Positions 5,521-13,049 of a stretch of 32,000 nt of DNA are shown here, piece after piece. The position numbers were made by a program, and so were the translations under genes. Every line of letters begins with the position of its first letter. The first letter of the stretch is position 1. The notes beneath the pieces were generated by a model, which did not search any database, had not been told where the DNA came from, and worked only from the letters and a program-made list of their open reading frames with translations. This DNA is from Bauldia litoralis (GTDB taxonomy: Bacteria; Pseudomonadota; Alphaproteobacteria; Rhizobiales; Kaistiaceae). The stretch covers positions 355,898 through 387,897 of the forward strand of contig NZ_FMXQ01000004.1 in NCBI RefSeq assembly GCF_900104485.1. The letters run 5' to 3'.

Positions 5521-6765
5521 ATGACGCATGCTCCCCAGCCTGCGCCGGAGGCCAAGGCGGCCGATGGCGAGATGACCAGTGCCTTCGAGACCTTCAACCG
5601 GACCTTCGCGGCGTTTCGCGCCGAGAATGACGACCGGCTCGAGCAGATCGAGCGCAAGCTTTCCGCCGACGTGGTGACGGTCGACAAGGTCGATCGCATC
5701 AACCGGGCGCTCGATGAGCAGAAGCGGGCTATGGACCAACTCGTCCTCAAGGGGCGGCGGCCGGCGCTGGAGACCGGCGGATCGCGGGTGGTGACCTCGC
5801 CGGAGCACAAGGCGGCCTTCGAGGCCTATGTGCGCGGCGGCAACGAGGAGGCGCTGCGCGGTTTCGAGCAGAAGGCGCTGGCGGTGGGTTCCGACGGCGG
5901 CTACGTCGTGCCGGAGGAGACCGAGCGCGAGATCGGCCGGCGGCTGGCGAGCGTCTCGCCGATCCGGGCGATCTCCGGCATCCGCCAGGTGTCGTCCAAC
6001 GTCTACAAGAAGCCCTTCGCCATCACCGGTGCGGCGACCGGCTGGGTCGGCGAGACCGCGGCGCGCACCGAGACGGCGGCGCCGACGCTGGCCGAACTCT
6101 CGTTCCCGGCGATGGAACTCTACGCCATGCCCGCGGCGACGGCGACGCTGCTCGACGACAGCGCCGTCGACATCGACGCCTGGATCGCCGACGAGGTCGA
6201 GACCGTCTTCGCCACGCAGGAAGGCACGGCCTTCGTCACCGGCGACGGCACCAACAAGCCGAAAGGGTTTCTCAGCTACACCACGGTGGCGGAAGCCTCC
6301 TGGGCCTGGGACAAGATCGGCTACCTGGTCACCGGCGTCTCCGGCGCCTTCGCCGCCTCCGACCCGTCGGACGAGCTGATCGACCTGGTCTATGCGCTGA
6401 AATCCGGCTACCGGCAGAACGCCCACTGGGTGATGAACCGCTCGACGCAAGGGGCGGTGCGCAAGCTCAAGGACGCCGACGGCAACTACATCTGGCAGCC
6501 CTCGGCGGTGGCCGGCGGCACGCCGACGCTGATGAACTTCCCCGTCGCCGAGTCGGAGGACATGCCGGACATCGGCGCCGACACGTTCGCCATCGCCTTC
6601 GGCGATTTCCGCCGCGGCTACCTGGTCGTCGACCGGGTCGGCGTGCGGGTGCTGCGCGATCCCTATTCCGCCAAGCCCTACGTCCTCTTCTACACGACCA
6701 AGCGGGTCGGCGGCGGCGTCCAGGATTTCGACGCCATCAAGCTCCTGAAATTCGGCACGTCCTGA
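5521..6765 (+). CDS. Major capsid protein, HK97 family (RcGTA g5-like)
   Basis: ATG 5521 follows AAAGGA (5507-5512); an in-frame ATG at 5494 is the alternative. The 414-aa product has an N-terminal coiled delta-domain-like region (FAAFRAENDDRLEQIERKLS) and blocks such as GGYVVPEE, TGWVGE and FVTGDGTNKPKGFL typical of HK97-fold capsids. Confidence 0.92.
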   Translation: MTHAPQPAPEAKAADGEMTSAFETFNRTFAAFRAENDDRLEQIERKLSADVVTVDKVDRINRALDEQKRAMDQLVLKGRRPALETGGSRVVTSPEHKAAFEAYVRGGNEEALRGFEQKALAVGSDGGYVVPEETEREIGRRLASVSPIRAISGIRQVSSNVYKKPFAITGAATGWVGETAARTETAAPTLAELSFPAMELYAMPAATATLLDDSAVDIDAWIADEVETVFATQEGTAFVTGDGTNKPKGFLSYTTVAEASWAWDKIGYLVTGVSGAFAASDPSDELIDLVYALKSGYRQNAHWVMNRSTQGAVRKLKDADGNYIWQPSAVAGGTPTLMNFPVAESEDMPDIGADTFAIAFGDFRRGYLVVDRVGVRVLRDPYSAKPYVLFYTTKRVGGGVQDFDAIKLLKFGTS

Positions 6766-6807
6766 GCCCCCGCGTCCCTCCCCAGGACACGTGCCGAACA
6801 GGGCGGT

Positions 6808-6826
6808 CCCGCTCGTGACGAGCGGG
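6808..6826 (+). terminator. Stem-loop downstream of the capsid gene (possible partial terminator)
   Basis: CCCGCTCG-TGA-CGAGCGGG, an 8-bp GC-rich stem with only a weak U-tract (TCTTT) 15 nt later. Confidence 0.3.
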
Positions 6827-7037
6827 CGGGGCCGCCTGACTCTTTGCCCGGTGGATGCGCGGTGCGTCCGTCGAGGCTCCGCTGCGCGGAGCACCTCCGG
6901 ATGGCGGGGGAGGTGCCTAGGACAGCGGTTGTCATGCTGAGGCGCGCGCTGGAGGCGCGCCTTGAAAACGCGCGGGACCGTGGCCACCGGCAGATCGCCG
7001 GCGGGGACGAGTCTCGCCGAAGACGCTCCCCACACAC

Positions 7038-7145
7038 CGTCATCCTCCGGCTTGACCGGAGGATCGGTCTTTACCCGGCGCTCCGCTCGATCTGCAGGCG
7101 CCGTGCCGGCGAACAGCGATCCTCCGGTCAAGCCGGAGGATGACG
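7038..7145. repeat. RIME/REP-like element, family 2: two 29-bp hairpins in inverted orientation
   Basis: CGTCATCCTCCGGCTTGACCGGAGGATCG (7038-7066) is the exact reverse complement of 7117-7145. Each arm is itself a hairpin. Confidence 0.85.
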
Positions 7146-7259
7146 GTTGAGTGGGTGATGGTGTCGCGTGCGCTGGATGGCGGCGCACAGGCTGGATCGC
7201 GGCAGCGGACCCTCCGGGCGGAACGCGCCCATCAATCGCAAAACGGGAAGGACCTCACC

Positions 7260-7835
7260 ATGACCGCAGCCCTGATCACCGGGCCGGCGCTGGAGCCGGT
7301 ATCGCTGGCCGACGTCAAGGCGCATCTGCGCATCGACGGCGGCGACGAGGATGCGCTGCTGACCGCGGCGATCGTCTCGGCCCGTGTTCATGTCGAAAGC
7401 GCGACGCGGCGGGTGCTGATCGAGCAGGGCTGGCGGATCTATTACGACGCCTGGCCGAGGCGGCGGATCGTCCGGCTGCCGGTGGCGCCGCTGATGTCGC
7501 TCGATGCGGTGACGATCTATGACGCGGCGGGCGACCCGCAGGTGGTCGATGCCGAGGATTACGAGGCCGATGTCGCCGCGTCGCCGGCGCGGCTGGTGCT
7601 GGCGGCCAATGCGCCGACGCCGGTCGGACGCGCGGTCAACGGCATCGAGATCGACGTCACCGCCGGCTATGGCGCGACCTCGGTCGACGTGCCGGCGGCG
7701 CTCCGCCAGGCGGTGCTGATGCTGGTGGCGCATTGGTATGAGCATCGCGGCGCGGTCGGCCACGACCTCGCCGTGCTGGTCGCGCCGCTCGGCTTCGAGG
7801 CGCTGATCGCGCCTTACCGGCTGCTGTCGCTGTGA
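7260..7835 (+). CDS. Head-tail connector/adaptor (gp6-like, RcGTA g6-like)
   Basis: ATG 7260 follows GGAAGGA. The 191-aa product has VSLADVKAHLRIDGGDEDALL at its N-terminus, typical of gp6-like head-tail connectors. Its position is right after the capsid gene. Confidence 0.85.
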   Translation: MTAALITGPALEPVSLADVKAHLRIDGGDEDALLTAAIVSARVHVESATRRVLIEQGWRIYYDAWPRRRIVRLPVAPLMSLDAVTIYDAAGDPQVVDAEDYEADVAASPARLVLAANAPTPVGRAVNGIEIDVTAGYGATSVDVPAALRQAVLMLVAHWYEHRGAVGHDLAVLVAPLGFEALIAPYRLLSL

Positions 7836-8167
7836 GCGCCCGGGACTTCGGCCCGGGGCGGCTGTGCCACCGCGTCGTCATCGAGTCGGCGGCCGGCGCG
7901 CCCGACGGGGCGGGCGGCGAGGCGGTGACCTGGGACACCTATGCCACGGTCTGGGCGCGGATCGCGCCGGTCTCGAGCGGCGAAAGGATCGTCGCGGGGC
8001 ACCTTTCCGGCGTCGTCACCCACACCGTCACCATGCGCTACCGCGACGACATCGCCGGCGGCATGCGCATCCTCTATCGCGGCCGCATCCTGCGGCTGCT
8101 GGCGGTCGGCGACCCGGACGAGACGCGGCGCTTCATCGTCGCCAAGGCCGAGGAGCAGGGACCATGA
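7832..8167 (+). CDS. Head closure / stopper protein (RcGTA g7-like)
   Basis: 111 aa. GTG 7832 overlaps the g6 stop (GTGA). The pattern WARI.P.SSGE...H.VTMRYR..I...MRILYRGR resembles phage head-closure proteins. Confidence 0.8.
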   Translation: MSARDFGPGRLCHRVVIESAAGAPDGAGGEAVTWDTYATVWARIAPVSSGERIVAGHLSGVVTHTVTMRYRDDIAGGMRILYRGRILRLLAVGDPDETRRFIVAKAEEQGP

Positions 8168-8322
8168 CCACGCTTGACCTGACCACCGCCGGCCTGATCC
8201 AGGCGCTGCGCCCGGCGACGGCTGCCGGCAAGCGGATGCGGCCGCCGGAGAAGATCCATCGCGCCGCGGTGCCTCTGCGCGAGACGGCGGCGGACAAGGT
8301 CGACATGCGGAGGGACCGATGA
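8164..8322 (+). CDS. Hypothetical 52-aa protein nested between g7-like and g8-like genes
   Basis: ATG 8164 overlaps the g7 stop (ATGA 8164-8167), and its own TGA 8320-8322 overlaps ATG 8319 of the next gene (ATGA). It exactly fills the gap between them. Confidence 0.4.
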   Translation: MTTLDLTTAGLIQALRPATAAGKRMRPPEKIHRAAVPLRETAADKVDMRRDR

Positions 8323-8723
8323 CCCATCCGGCGCTCGCGCTCCAGAAAGCGGTGTTCGCCGCGCTGGTTGCCGACGGCGACGTCGGCGCGGTGCTCGGCG
8401 ACCGGATCCACGATGCGCCGCCGCGCAACGCGACATTCCCCTATGCGAGCTTCGGCGAGGCGCGGGCGAGCGACTGGAGCACCGGCACCGAGGCCGGGAC
8501 CGAGCATCGCCTGACGCTGCAGGTCTGGTCGCGGGAGCGCGGCAAGGCCGAGTGCTGGCGGGCTCTCGAGGCGATCCGCGCCGCGCTCGACGACGCGGCG
8601 CTGACGCTCGACGGCCACGCGCTCGTCAACCTGCGCTTCGAGGCGGCCGAAACCCGGCGCGAGCGCGACGGCATCACCTGGCGCGGCGTCGCGCGATTTC
8701 GCGCGGTGACGGAGCCGGCGTGA
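8319..8723 (+). CDS. DUF3168-type tail terminator/completion protein (RcGTA g8-like)
   Basis: 134 aa. LQKAVFAAL..D..V.A.LGDRI.D..P....FPY and L.VWSRE resemble DUF3168 GTA proteins. The gene order fits. Confidence 0.8.
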   Translation: MTHPALALQKAVFAALVADGDVGAVLGDRIHDAPPRNATFPYASFGEARASDWSTGTEAGTEHRLTLQVWSRERGKAECWRALEAIRAALDDAALTLDGHALVNLRFEAAETRRERDGITWRGVARFRAVTEPA

Positions 8724-8774
8724 GGGGGGCGCCAAGCAAAGCCTCGCATCCATCGGTTGGGAAAGGACACTGCC

Positions 8775-9188
8775 ATGACAGCCCAGAAGGGGAAGGATCT
8801 GCTTCTCAAGATCGACACGACCGGCTCGGGGAGCTTTGCGACCGTCGCAGGCCTGCGGTCGCGGCAGATCGCCTTCAACGCCGAAAGCGTCGACGTGACC
8901 GACGCCGAGTCGGCCGGCCGCTGGCGCGAACTCTTGGAGGGGGCTGGCGTGAAGCGGGCGAGCCTCGGCGGCTCCGGCATCTTCAAGGACGCGGCGACCG
9001 ACGCGACCGTTCGCCAGGTCTTCTTCGACGGGACGATCCGCGACTGGCAGGTCATCGTGCCGGATTTCGGCACGCTGGAGGGGCCGTTCCAGATCACGGC
9101 GCTCGAATATTCCGGCGCGCATGACGGCGAACTCGCCTACGAGCTGGCGCTGGAATCGGCCGGCGCCATCGCCTTCACGGCGGCCTGA
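8775..9188 (+). CDS. Major tail (tube) protein, TP901-1-like (RcGTA g9-like)
   Basis: ATG 8775 lies 7 nt after GAAAGGA. The 137-aa product begins MTAQKGKDLLLKIDTTGSGSFATVAGLRS..., typical of GTA major tail proteins. Confidence 0.85.
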   Translation: MTAQKGKDLLLKIDTTGSGSFATVAGLRSRQIAFNAESVDVTDAESAGRWRELLEGAGVKRASLGGSGIFKDAATDATVRQVFFDGTIRDWQVIVPDFGTLEGPFQITALEYSGAHDGELAYELALESAGAIAFTAA

Positions 9189-9190
9189 CC

Positions 9191-9511
9191 ATGGTCAACC
9201 GCCAGCGCGGCGAAGTTGCCGCCACCCTCGACGGCCGGACCTGGACGCTCTGCCTGACGCTCGGTGCGCTGGCCGAGCTCGAGGCGGCGCTCGGCGCCTC
9301 CGACCTGATGGCCCTGGCGCGCCGCTTCGAGGCGGGGGAACTGGCGGCCGGCGACGCGATCAAGGTGATCGGCGCGGGGCTGCGCGGCGCGGGAAACGAT
9401 GTCGACGATGGGGCGGTGGCGCGAATGCGGGCCGAGGACGGGGCCGCGGGGTTCGTGGCGATCGTCGCGGAGTTGCTGACGGCGACATTTGGCGGCGGGG
9501 AGGCGGGGTGA
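9191..9511 (+). CDS. GTA tail assembly chaperone (g10-like)
   Basis: 106 aa. RGEVAATLDGRTWTLCLTLGALAELEAALG matches the 'gene transfer agent family protein' that follows the tube gene. Confidence 0.75.
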   Translation: MVNRQRGEVAATLDGRTWTLCLTLGALAELEAALGASDLMALARRFEAGELAAGDAIKVIGAGLRGAGNDVDDGAVARMRAEDGAAGFVAIVAELLTATFGGGEAG

Positions 9512-9655
9512 CTGCGGGTGGGTGCCTGGTGCGTGCTTCGAGGCCCGGCTTTACCGGGGACCTCAGCATGGCGGGGTGGTGGGATGGCTTCGAGCGGGTG
9601 GAGGGGTGGGAGCGCGTCGAGGCTGCGCGGTAAGCGGGTGTCCTCTTCACCGCTC

Positions 9656-9744
9656 GTTCCCGCGCAAGCGGGAATCCAGACGTTCATACGGGCGGCGCTG
9701 TCCGGCAGAAGAAGACTGGGTCCCCGCTTTCGCGGGGATGAGCG
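9656..9744. repeat. RIME/REP-like element, family 2 variant (GTTCCCGCGCAAGCGGGAATCC / GGGTCCCCGCTTTCGCGGGGATGAGCG)
   Basis: Two hairpins (9656-9677 and 9718-9744) in inverted orientation. They are of the same type as 12731-12832. Confidence 0.8.
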
Positions 9745-9785
9745 GGTGGAGGGGGGGAGCCGCGAGGCTGTTTGGGGAGGAAAAT

Positions 9786-9995
9786 TTGAAACCTGAGCGC
9801 GACACCTTTCCATGGTCGGCGATGATGGCGGTGGGGTTCGGGCGTCTGCGGCTTTCGAGCCGGGACTTCTGGGGGATGACGCCGCGCGAACTGGCGGCTG
9901 CCGTGGAAGGCGCTTTCGGCGTCGCTGATGCGCCGCCCGACCGGGCGATGCTCGAACGATTGATGGGACGATACCCGGATCGCACGCCGCCCTGA
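9786..9995 (+). CDS. Second tail chaperone (rcc01693 / g10.1-like)
   Basis: FPWSAMMAVGFGRLRLSSRDFWGMTPRELAAAVEG is the conserved core of this family. The start is uncertain: TTG 9786 after GGAGGA, or ATG 9822. Confidence 0.65.
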   Translation: MKPERDTFPWSAMMAVGFGRLRLSSRDFWGMTPRELAAAVEGAFGVADAPPDRAMLERLMGRYPDRTPP

Positions 9996-10097
9996 TCGTC
10001 ACGCCGATCGTCCGCGATTGGCGCGGCGCGCATCCACGGCGTGACGGCGCGGGCCGGTGGAGTGCGACTTGCGGATCCAGACAACGAGGCGAAACCG

Positions 10098-10649
10098 ATG
10101 CCGACATCCATCGAAGACCTGGCCGATGAGGCTGAAAGCCGGACGCAGCCGACGCTCGACGCGCTGGTGGCGCTGAGCCGGCAGGCGTCGACCTTCTCGA
10201 CGGCGATCACCGGCGCATTCAAGGCGGCGGTTGTCGGCGGCAGGCGGTTCGAGACCGTGCTCAATGCCCTGTCGCTGAAGCTGGCCGGCATTGCGCTCGA
10301 CCGGGCGCTGCAGCCGATCTCCAATGTCATCGGCAATGCGATCGGCAGCGCGTTTACCGGCATCGGGGGCGGTCCGCTCAAGCCGTTTGCGCGCGGCGGG
10401 ATCGTTGGCGCGCCGACCGTGTTCCCGATCCGCGGCAGCCTTGGGGTTGCAGGCGAGGCGGGCGCCGAGGCCGTGTTGCCGCTGGCACGCGGCAGCGACG
10501 GGCGGCTGGGCGTTGCCGGCGGCGGCGGGCAGCCGATGGTCGTCAATTTTCACGTCACGTCGCCGGACGCGGGCAGCTTCACGCGGTCCGAGGCGCAGGT
10601 GACGGCGATGCTCGCCCGCGCGGTCGGGCGCGGACGGAGAGGGCTGTGA
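10098..10649 (+). CDS. Short tape measure protein (RcGTA g11-like)
   Basis: ATG 10098. The 183-aa product has a helical N-terminal half followed by FARGGIV..PT.FP...GLGVAGEAGAEAVLPL, typical of GTA tape measures. Confidence 0.8.
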   Translation: MPTSIEDLADEAESRTQPTLDALVALSRQASTFSTAITGAFKAAVVGGRRFETVLNALSLKLAGIALDRALQPISNVIGNAIGSAFTGIGGGPLKPFARGGIVGAPTVFPIRGSLGVAGEAGAEAVLPLARGSDGRLGVAGGGGQPMVVNFHVTSPDAGSFTRSEAQVTAMLARAVGRGRRGL

Positions 10650-10650
10650 C

Positions 10651-11301
10651 ATGCCGGCGCTGACCGCCTTTCACGACGTGCGCTTCCCGACCGAGATCGC
10701 CTTCGGCTCGGCCGGCGGGCCGGAGCGGCTGACCGAGGTGGTGACGCTCGGCTCCGGTCACGAGGAGCGCAGCAGTCGCTGGGCGGATCCGCGCCGGCGC
10801 TACAACGCCGGCTATGGCATCCGCTCGATCGACGATCTGCACGCGGTCGTCGCCTTCTTCGAGGAGCGCCGCGGCCGGCTCTACGGTTTCCGCTGGCGCG
10901 ACCGGGTCGATTTCAGCTCGGCCGCGCCATCCGGTGCGGTGACGCCGACCGACCAGGTGATCGGCGTCGGCGACGGGGCGACGACGACGTTTCAGCTGGT
11001 GAAGACCTACGGTGCGCTGCATGCGCCGTATCGGCGGACCATCGCCAAGCCGGTTTCCGCCACGGTGCGGGTCGCTGTCGATTCGGCCGAGTTGGACGAG
11101 GGCGACGACTGGAGCTGCGACCTGACCACCGGGATCGTAACGTTCACGCCGGGGTCCGTGCCGGCCGTCGACGCGGCGGTCACCGCCGGCTTCGCCTTCG
11201 ACGTGCCGGTGCGCTTCGACACCGACCGGCTCGACATCAACCTGAGCAGTTTCGCCGCCGGCGACATCCCGACCATTCCGCTGGTCGAGATCCGGCTTTA
11301 G
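10651..11301 (+). CDS. DUF2460 distal tail protein (RcGTA g12-like)
   Basis: 216 aa. FHDVRFP..IAFGS.GGPER.TEVV.L.SG.EERN.RW is the DUF2460/TIGR02217 signature. ATG 10651 is 1 nt after the g11 stop. Confidence 0.85.
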   Translation: MPALTAFHDVRFPTEIAFGSAGGPERLTEVVTLGSGHEERSSRWADPRRRYNAGYGIRSIDDLHAVVAFFEERRGRLYGFRWRDRVDFSSAAPSGAVTPTDQVIGVGDGATTTFQLVKTYGALHAPYRRTIAKPVSATVRVAVDSAELDEGDDWSCDLTTGIVTFTPGSVPAVDAAVTAGFAFDVPVRFDTDRLDINLSSFAAGDIPTIPLVEIRL

Positions 11302-11304
11302 GGA

Positions 11305-11372
11305 GGCGGCATCTCGTCCTCCCCTGCGAAGCGGGGGAGGAGCGCGGCGAGACTGCTCTTGCGAGATGCCGC
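11305..11372. repeat. Compound stem-loop: outer 11-bp arms around a family-3 palindrome
   Basis: GCGGCATCTCG (11305-11315) pairs with CGAGATGCCGC (11362-11372). The inner hairpin is TCCTCCCC-TGCGAAGC-GGGGAGGA (11317-11341). Confidence 0.7.
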
Positions 11373-11399
11373 GCGATCGTCGCGCGTTGAGGGTTTGAG

Positions 11400-12290
11400 A
11401 TGAGACAGATCGACGAAGGGCTTGCCGCGCATATCGCCGGCGGGGTGACGACGCTCGCCCGCTGCTGGCGAGTGACGCGGAGCGACGGGGTGGTGCTCGG
11501 CTTCACCGATCACGACCGGACGCTGACCTTCGATGGCGTCGACCACGAGCCGGTTTCCGGCTTCGACGCCAGCGAGGATGTCGGCACGACCGGCTTTGCG
11601 GTCGGCGGCATGGAGGTCTCGGGCGCGTTGTCGTCCGAGCGGCTCGATGCAGCCGATCTCGCCGCCGGGCTCTACGACAATGCCGAGGTCAGGGTGACCC
11701 TGGTCAACTGGACGACGCCGGCCGAACGGCAGTTGCTGCGGGTCGGCCACCTGGGCGAGGTTTTGCGCGCCGACGGCGCCTTCACCGCCGAGGTGCGGGG
11801 GCTGGCGGCGCAACTCGACGAGACCCGGGGCCGGGCCTACCGGCCGACCTGCGACGCCGATCTCGGCGACGCGCGCTGCGGTGTCGGCCTGGGAAGCGGA
11901 ACCTATACCGGCAGCGGCGCGGCAACGTCGGTCAATGATCGCAGGCGTTTCGCCGTCAGCGGGCTCGGCGGATACGCGGAGGGCTGGTTTGATCGCGGCC
12001 GGCTGGTCTGGACGAGCGGCGACAATGCCGGGCGGGCAGCCGAGGTGCGCAGCCAGCGGGCAGTCAGTGGCGCGGTTGCCATCGAGCTGTGGCAGCCGAT
12101 GGCCCGCGACATCGCCATTGGCGACGGCTTCACGATCAGCGCCGGCTGCGACAAGCGCTTCGCCACCTGCCGCGCCAAGTTCGACAACACGATCAATTTC
12201 AGGGGCTTCCCGCATATGCCCGGCAACGACTTCACGCTCTCCTACGCCCGCCAGGGCGACGACAACGATGGCAAGGCAGTGGTCAAGTGA
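11400..12290 (+). CDS. DUF2163 tail hub protein (RcGTA g13-like)
   Basis: 296 aa. L..H.A.G.TTLA.CW...R.DG...GFTDHD..L.FDG is the DUF2163 N-terminus. The C-terminal NF.GFPH.PG motif is also present. Confidence 0.85.
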   Translation: MRQIDEGLAAHIAGGVTTLARCWRVTRSDGVVLGFTDHDRTLTFDGVDHEPVSGFDASEDVGTTGFAVGGMEVSGALSSERLDAADLAAGLYDNAEVRVTLVNWTTPAERQLLRVGHLGEVLRADGAFTAEVRGLAAQLDETRGRAYRPTCDADLGDARCGVGLGSGTYTGSGAATSVNDRRRFAVSGLGGYAEGWFDRGRLVWTSGDNAGRAAEVRSQRAVSGAVAIELWQPMARDIAIGDGFTISAGCDKRFATCRAKFDNTINFRGFPHMPGNDFTLSYARQGDDNDGKAVVK

Positions 12291-12718
12291 GCCGCGCCGC
12301 GATCGTCGCCGAAACGTTGACCTGGATCGGCACGCCGTATCGCCACCAGGCGTCGCTGAAGGGCGTTGGCTGCGATTGCCTCGGGCTGGTGCGCGGCGTG
12401 TGGCGGGCGTTCCACGGCGCGGAGCCGGAACCGATGGTCGCCTACACGCCCGACTGGGCGGAGGCGCGGGGCACCGAGACGCTGGCGGCCGCTGCCGGCC
12501 GGCACCTGACGCCGGTGGCGATCGACGCGGCGCGGGAAGGGGACGTCGTGCTCTTCCGCTGGCGCGCCAGCCTGCCGGCCAAGCACGCTGCGATCCTGAT
12601 ATCCGCTGATCGCATGGTCCACGCCCACCAGGGCGCTGCCGTGGCGACCGCGTCCTTCACGCCGTGGTGGCGGCGCCGGGCGGCGTTCGCTTTCGCGTTT
12701 CCGGGGGTGGATTCCTGA
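12287..12718 (+). CDS. NlpC/P60 family cell-wall peptidase (RcGTA g14-like)
   Basis: GTG 12287 overlaps the g13 stop (GTGA). The 143-aa product has WIGTPYRHQ....G.GCDCLGLVRGVW (catalytic Cys) and a later H.AI...... motif. Confidence 0.85.
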   Translation: MSRAAIVAETLTWIGTPYRHQASLKGVGCDCLGLVRGVWRAFHGAEPEPMVAYTPDWAEARGTETLAAAAGRHLTPVAIDAAREGDVVLFRWRASLPAKHAAILISADRMVHAHQGAAVATASFTPWWRRRAAFAFAFPGVDS

Positions 12719-12730
12719 CGCGCTCCGTAC

Positions 12731-12907
12731 CGTCATCCCGGCGAAAGCCGGGATCCATCGATGATCGTGTCGTCCGTGCGTCGTGTCGGGGGCTGCGGCG
12801 GTGACGGATTCCGGCTTTCGCCGGAATGACGGGGTTGATCTGACCACCGCCTGAACCCCACCCACCACCGCTTCGCGGCGGTCCCCCCTCCCCGGTTCGG
12901 GGAGGGA
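12731..12907. repeat. Cluster of intergenic palindromic elements: a family-2 hairpin pair plus a family-1 copy
   Basis: CGTCATCCCGGCGAAAGCCGGGATCC (12731-12756) and GGATTCCGGCTTTCGCCGGAATGACGG (12806-12832) are inverted copies with stem-preserving substitutions. 12853-12907 is identical over 55 nt to 1912-1966. Confidence 0.85.
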
Positions 12908-13049
12908 AGGGCGCGAGGTCGGCTGTTGGATCCTCATCGTTGGTCGCGGCGCAAGCGGCATGACTCGCCTTGATCGCCGGGCGGCGGGGCCACCGCGCGA
13001 GGCGGTCACGAGCACCAGTTTCGAGCCGATTTTTCGAAGGCAGGTTTCC

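Noticed and set aside
5101-7188. Very long antisense or out-of-frame ORFs: 5101-7188(-), 12657-15743(-), 20433-22328(-), 22434-24254(-), 24409-26532(-), 29173-31269(-), 14336-16384(+), 1718-2599(+) and many shorter ones.
   Set aside because: They lie opposite or out of frame to genes with clear family signatures. Their products are low-complexity R/A/G/P-rich strings, as expected for shadow ORFs in ~70% GC DNA, and they have no SD or family motifs.
1813-12907. Repeated palindromes considered as a CRISPR array.
   Set aside because: The copies are dispersed over 11 kb in separate intergenic gaps, occur in both orientations and are not regularly spaced with unique spacers. No cas genes are present.
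12960-13049. Upstream extensions of track ORFs: megatron from 12960, capsid from 5284, protease from 1749, tube from 8757, CcmF from 24214, DegP from 26883, connector from 7140.
   Set aside because: The extensions translate repeat elements or intergenic DNA and lack SD sequences. Internal starts with SD and family-typical N-termini were preferred.
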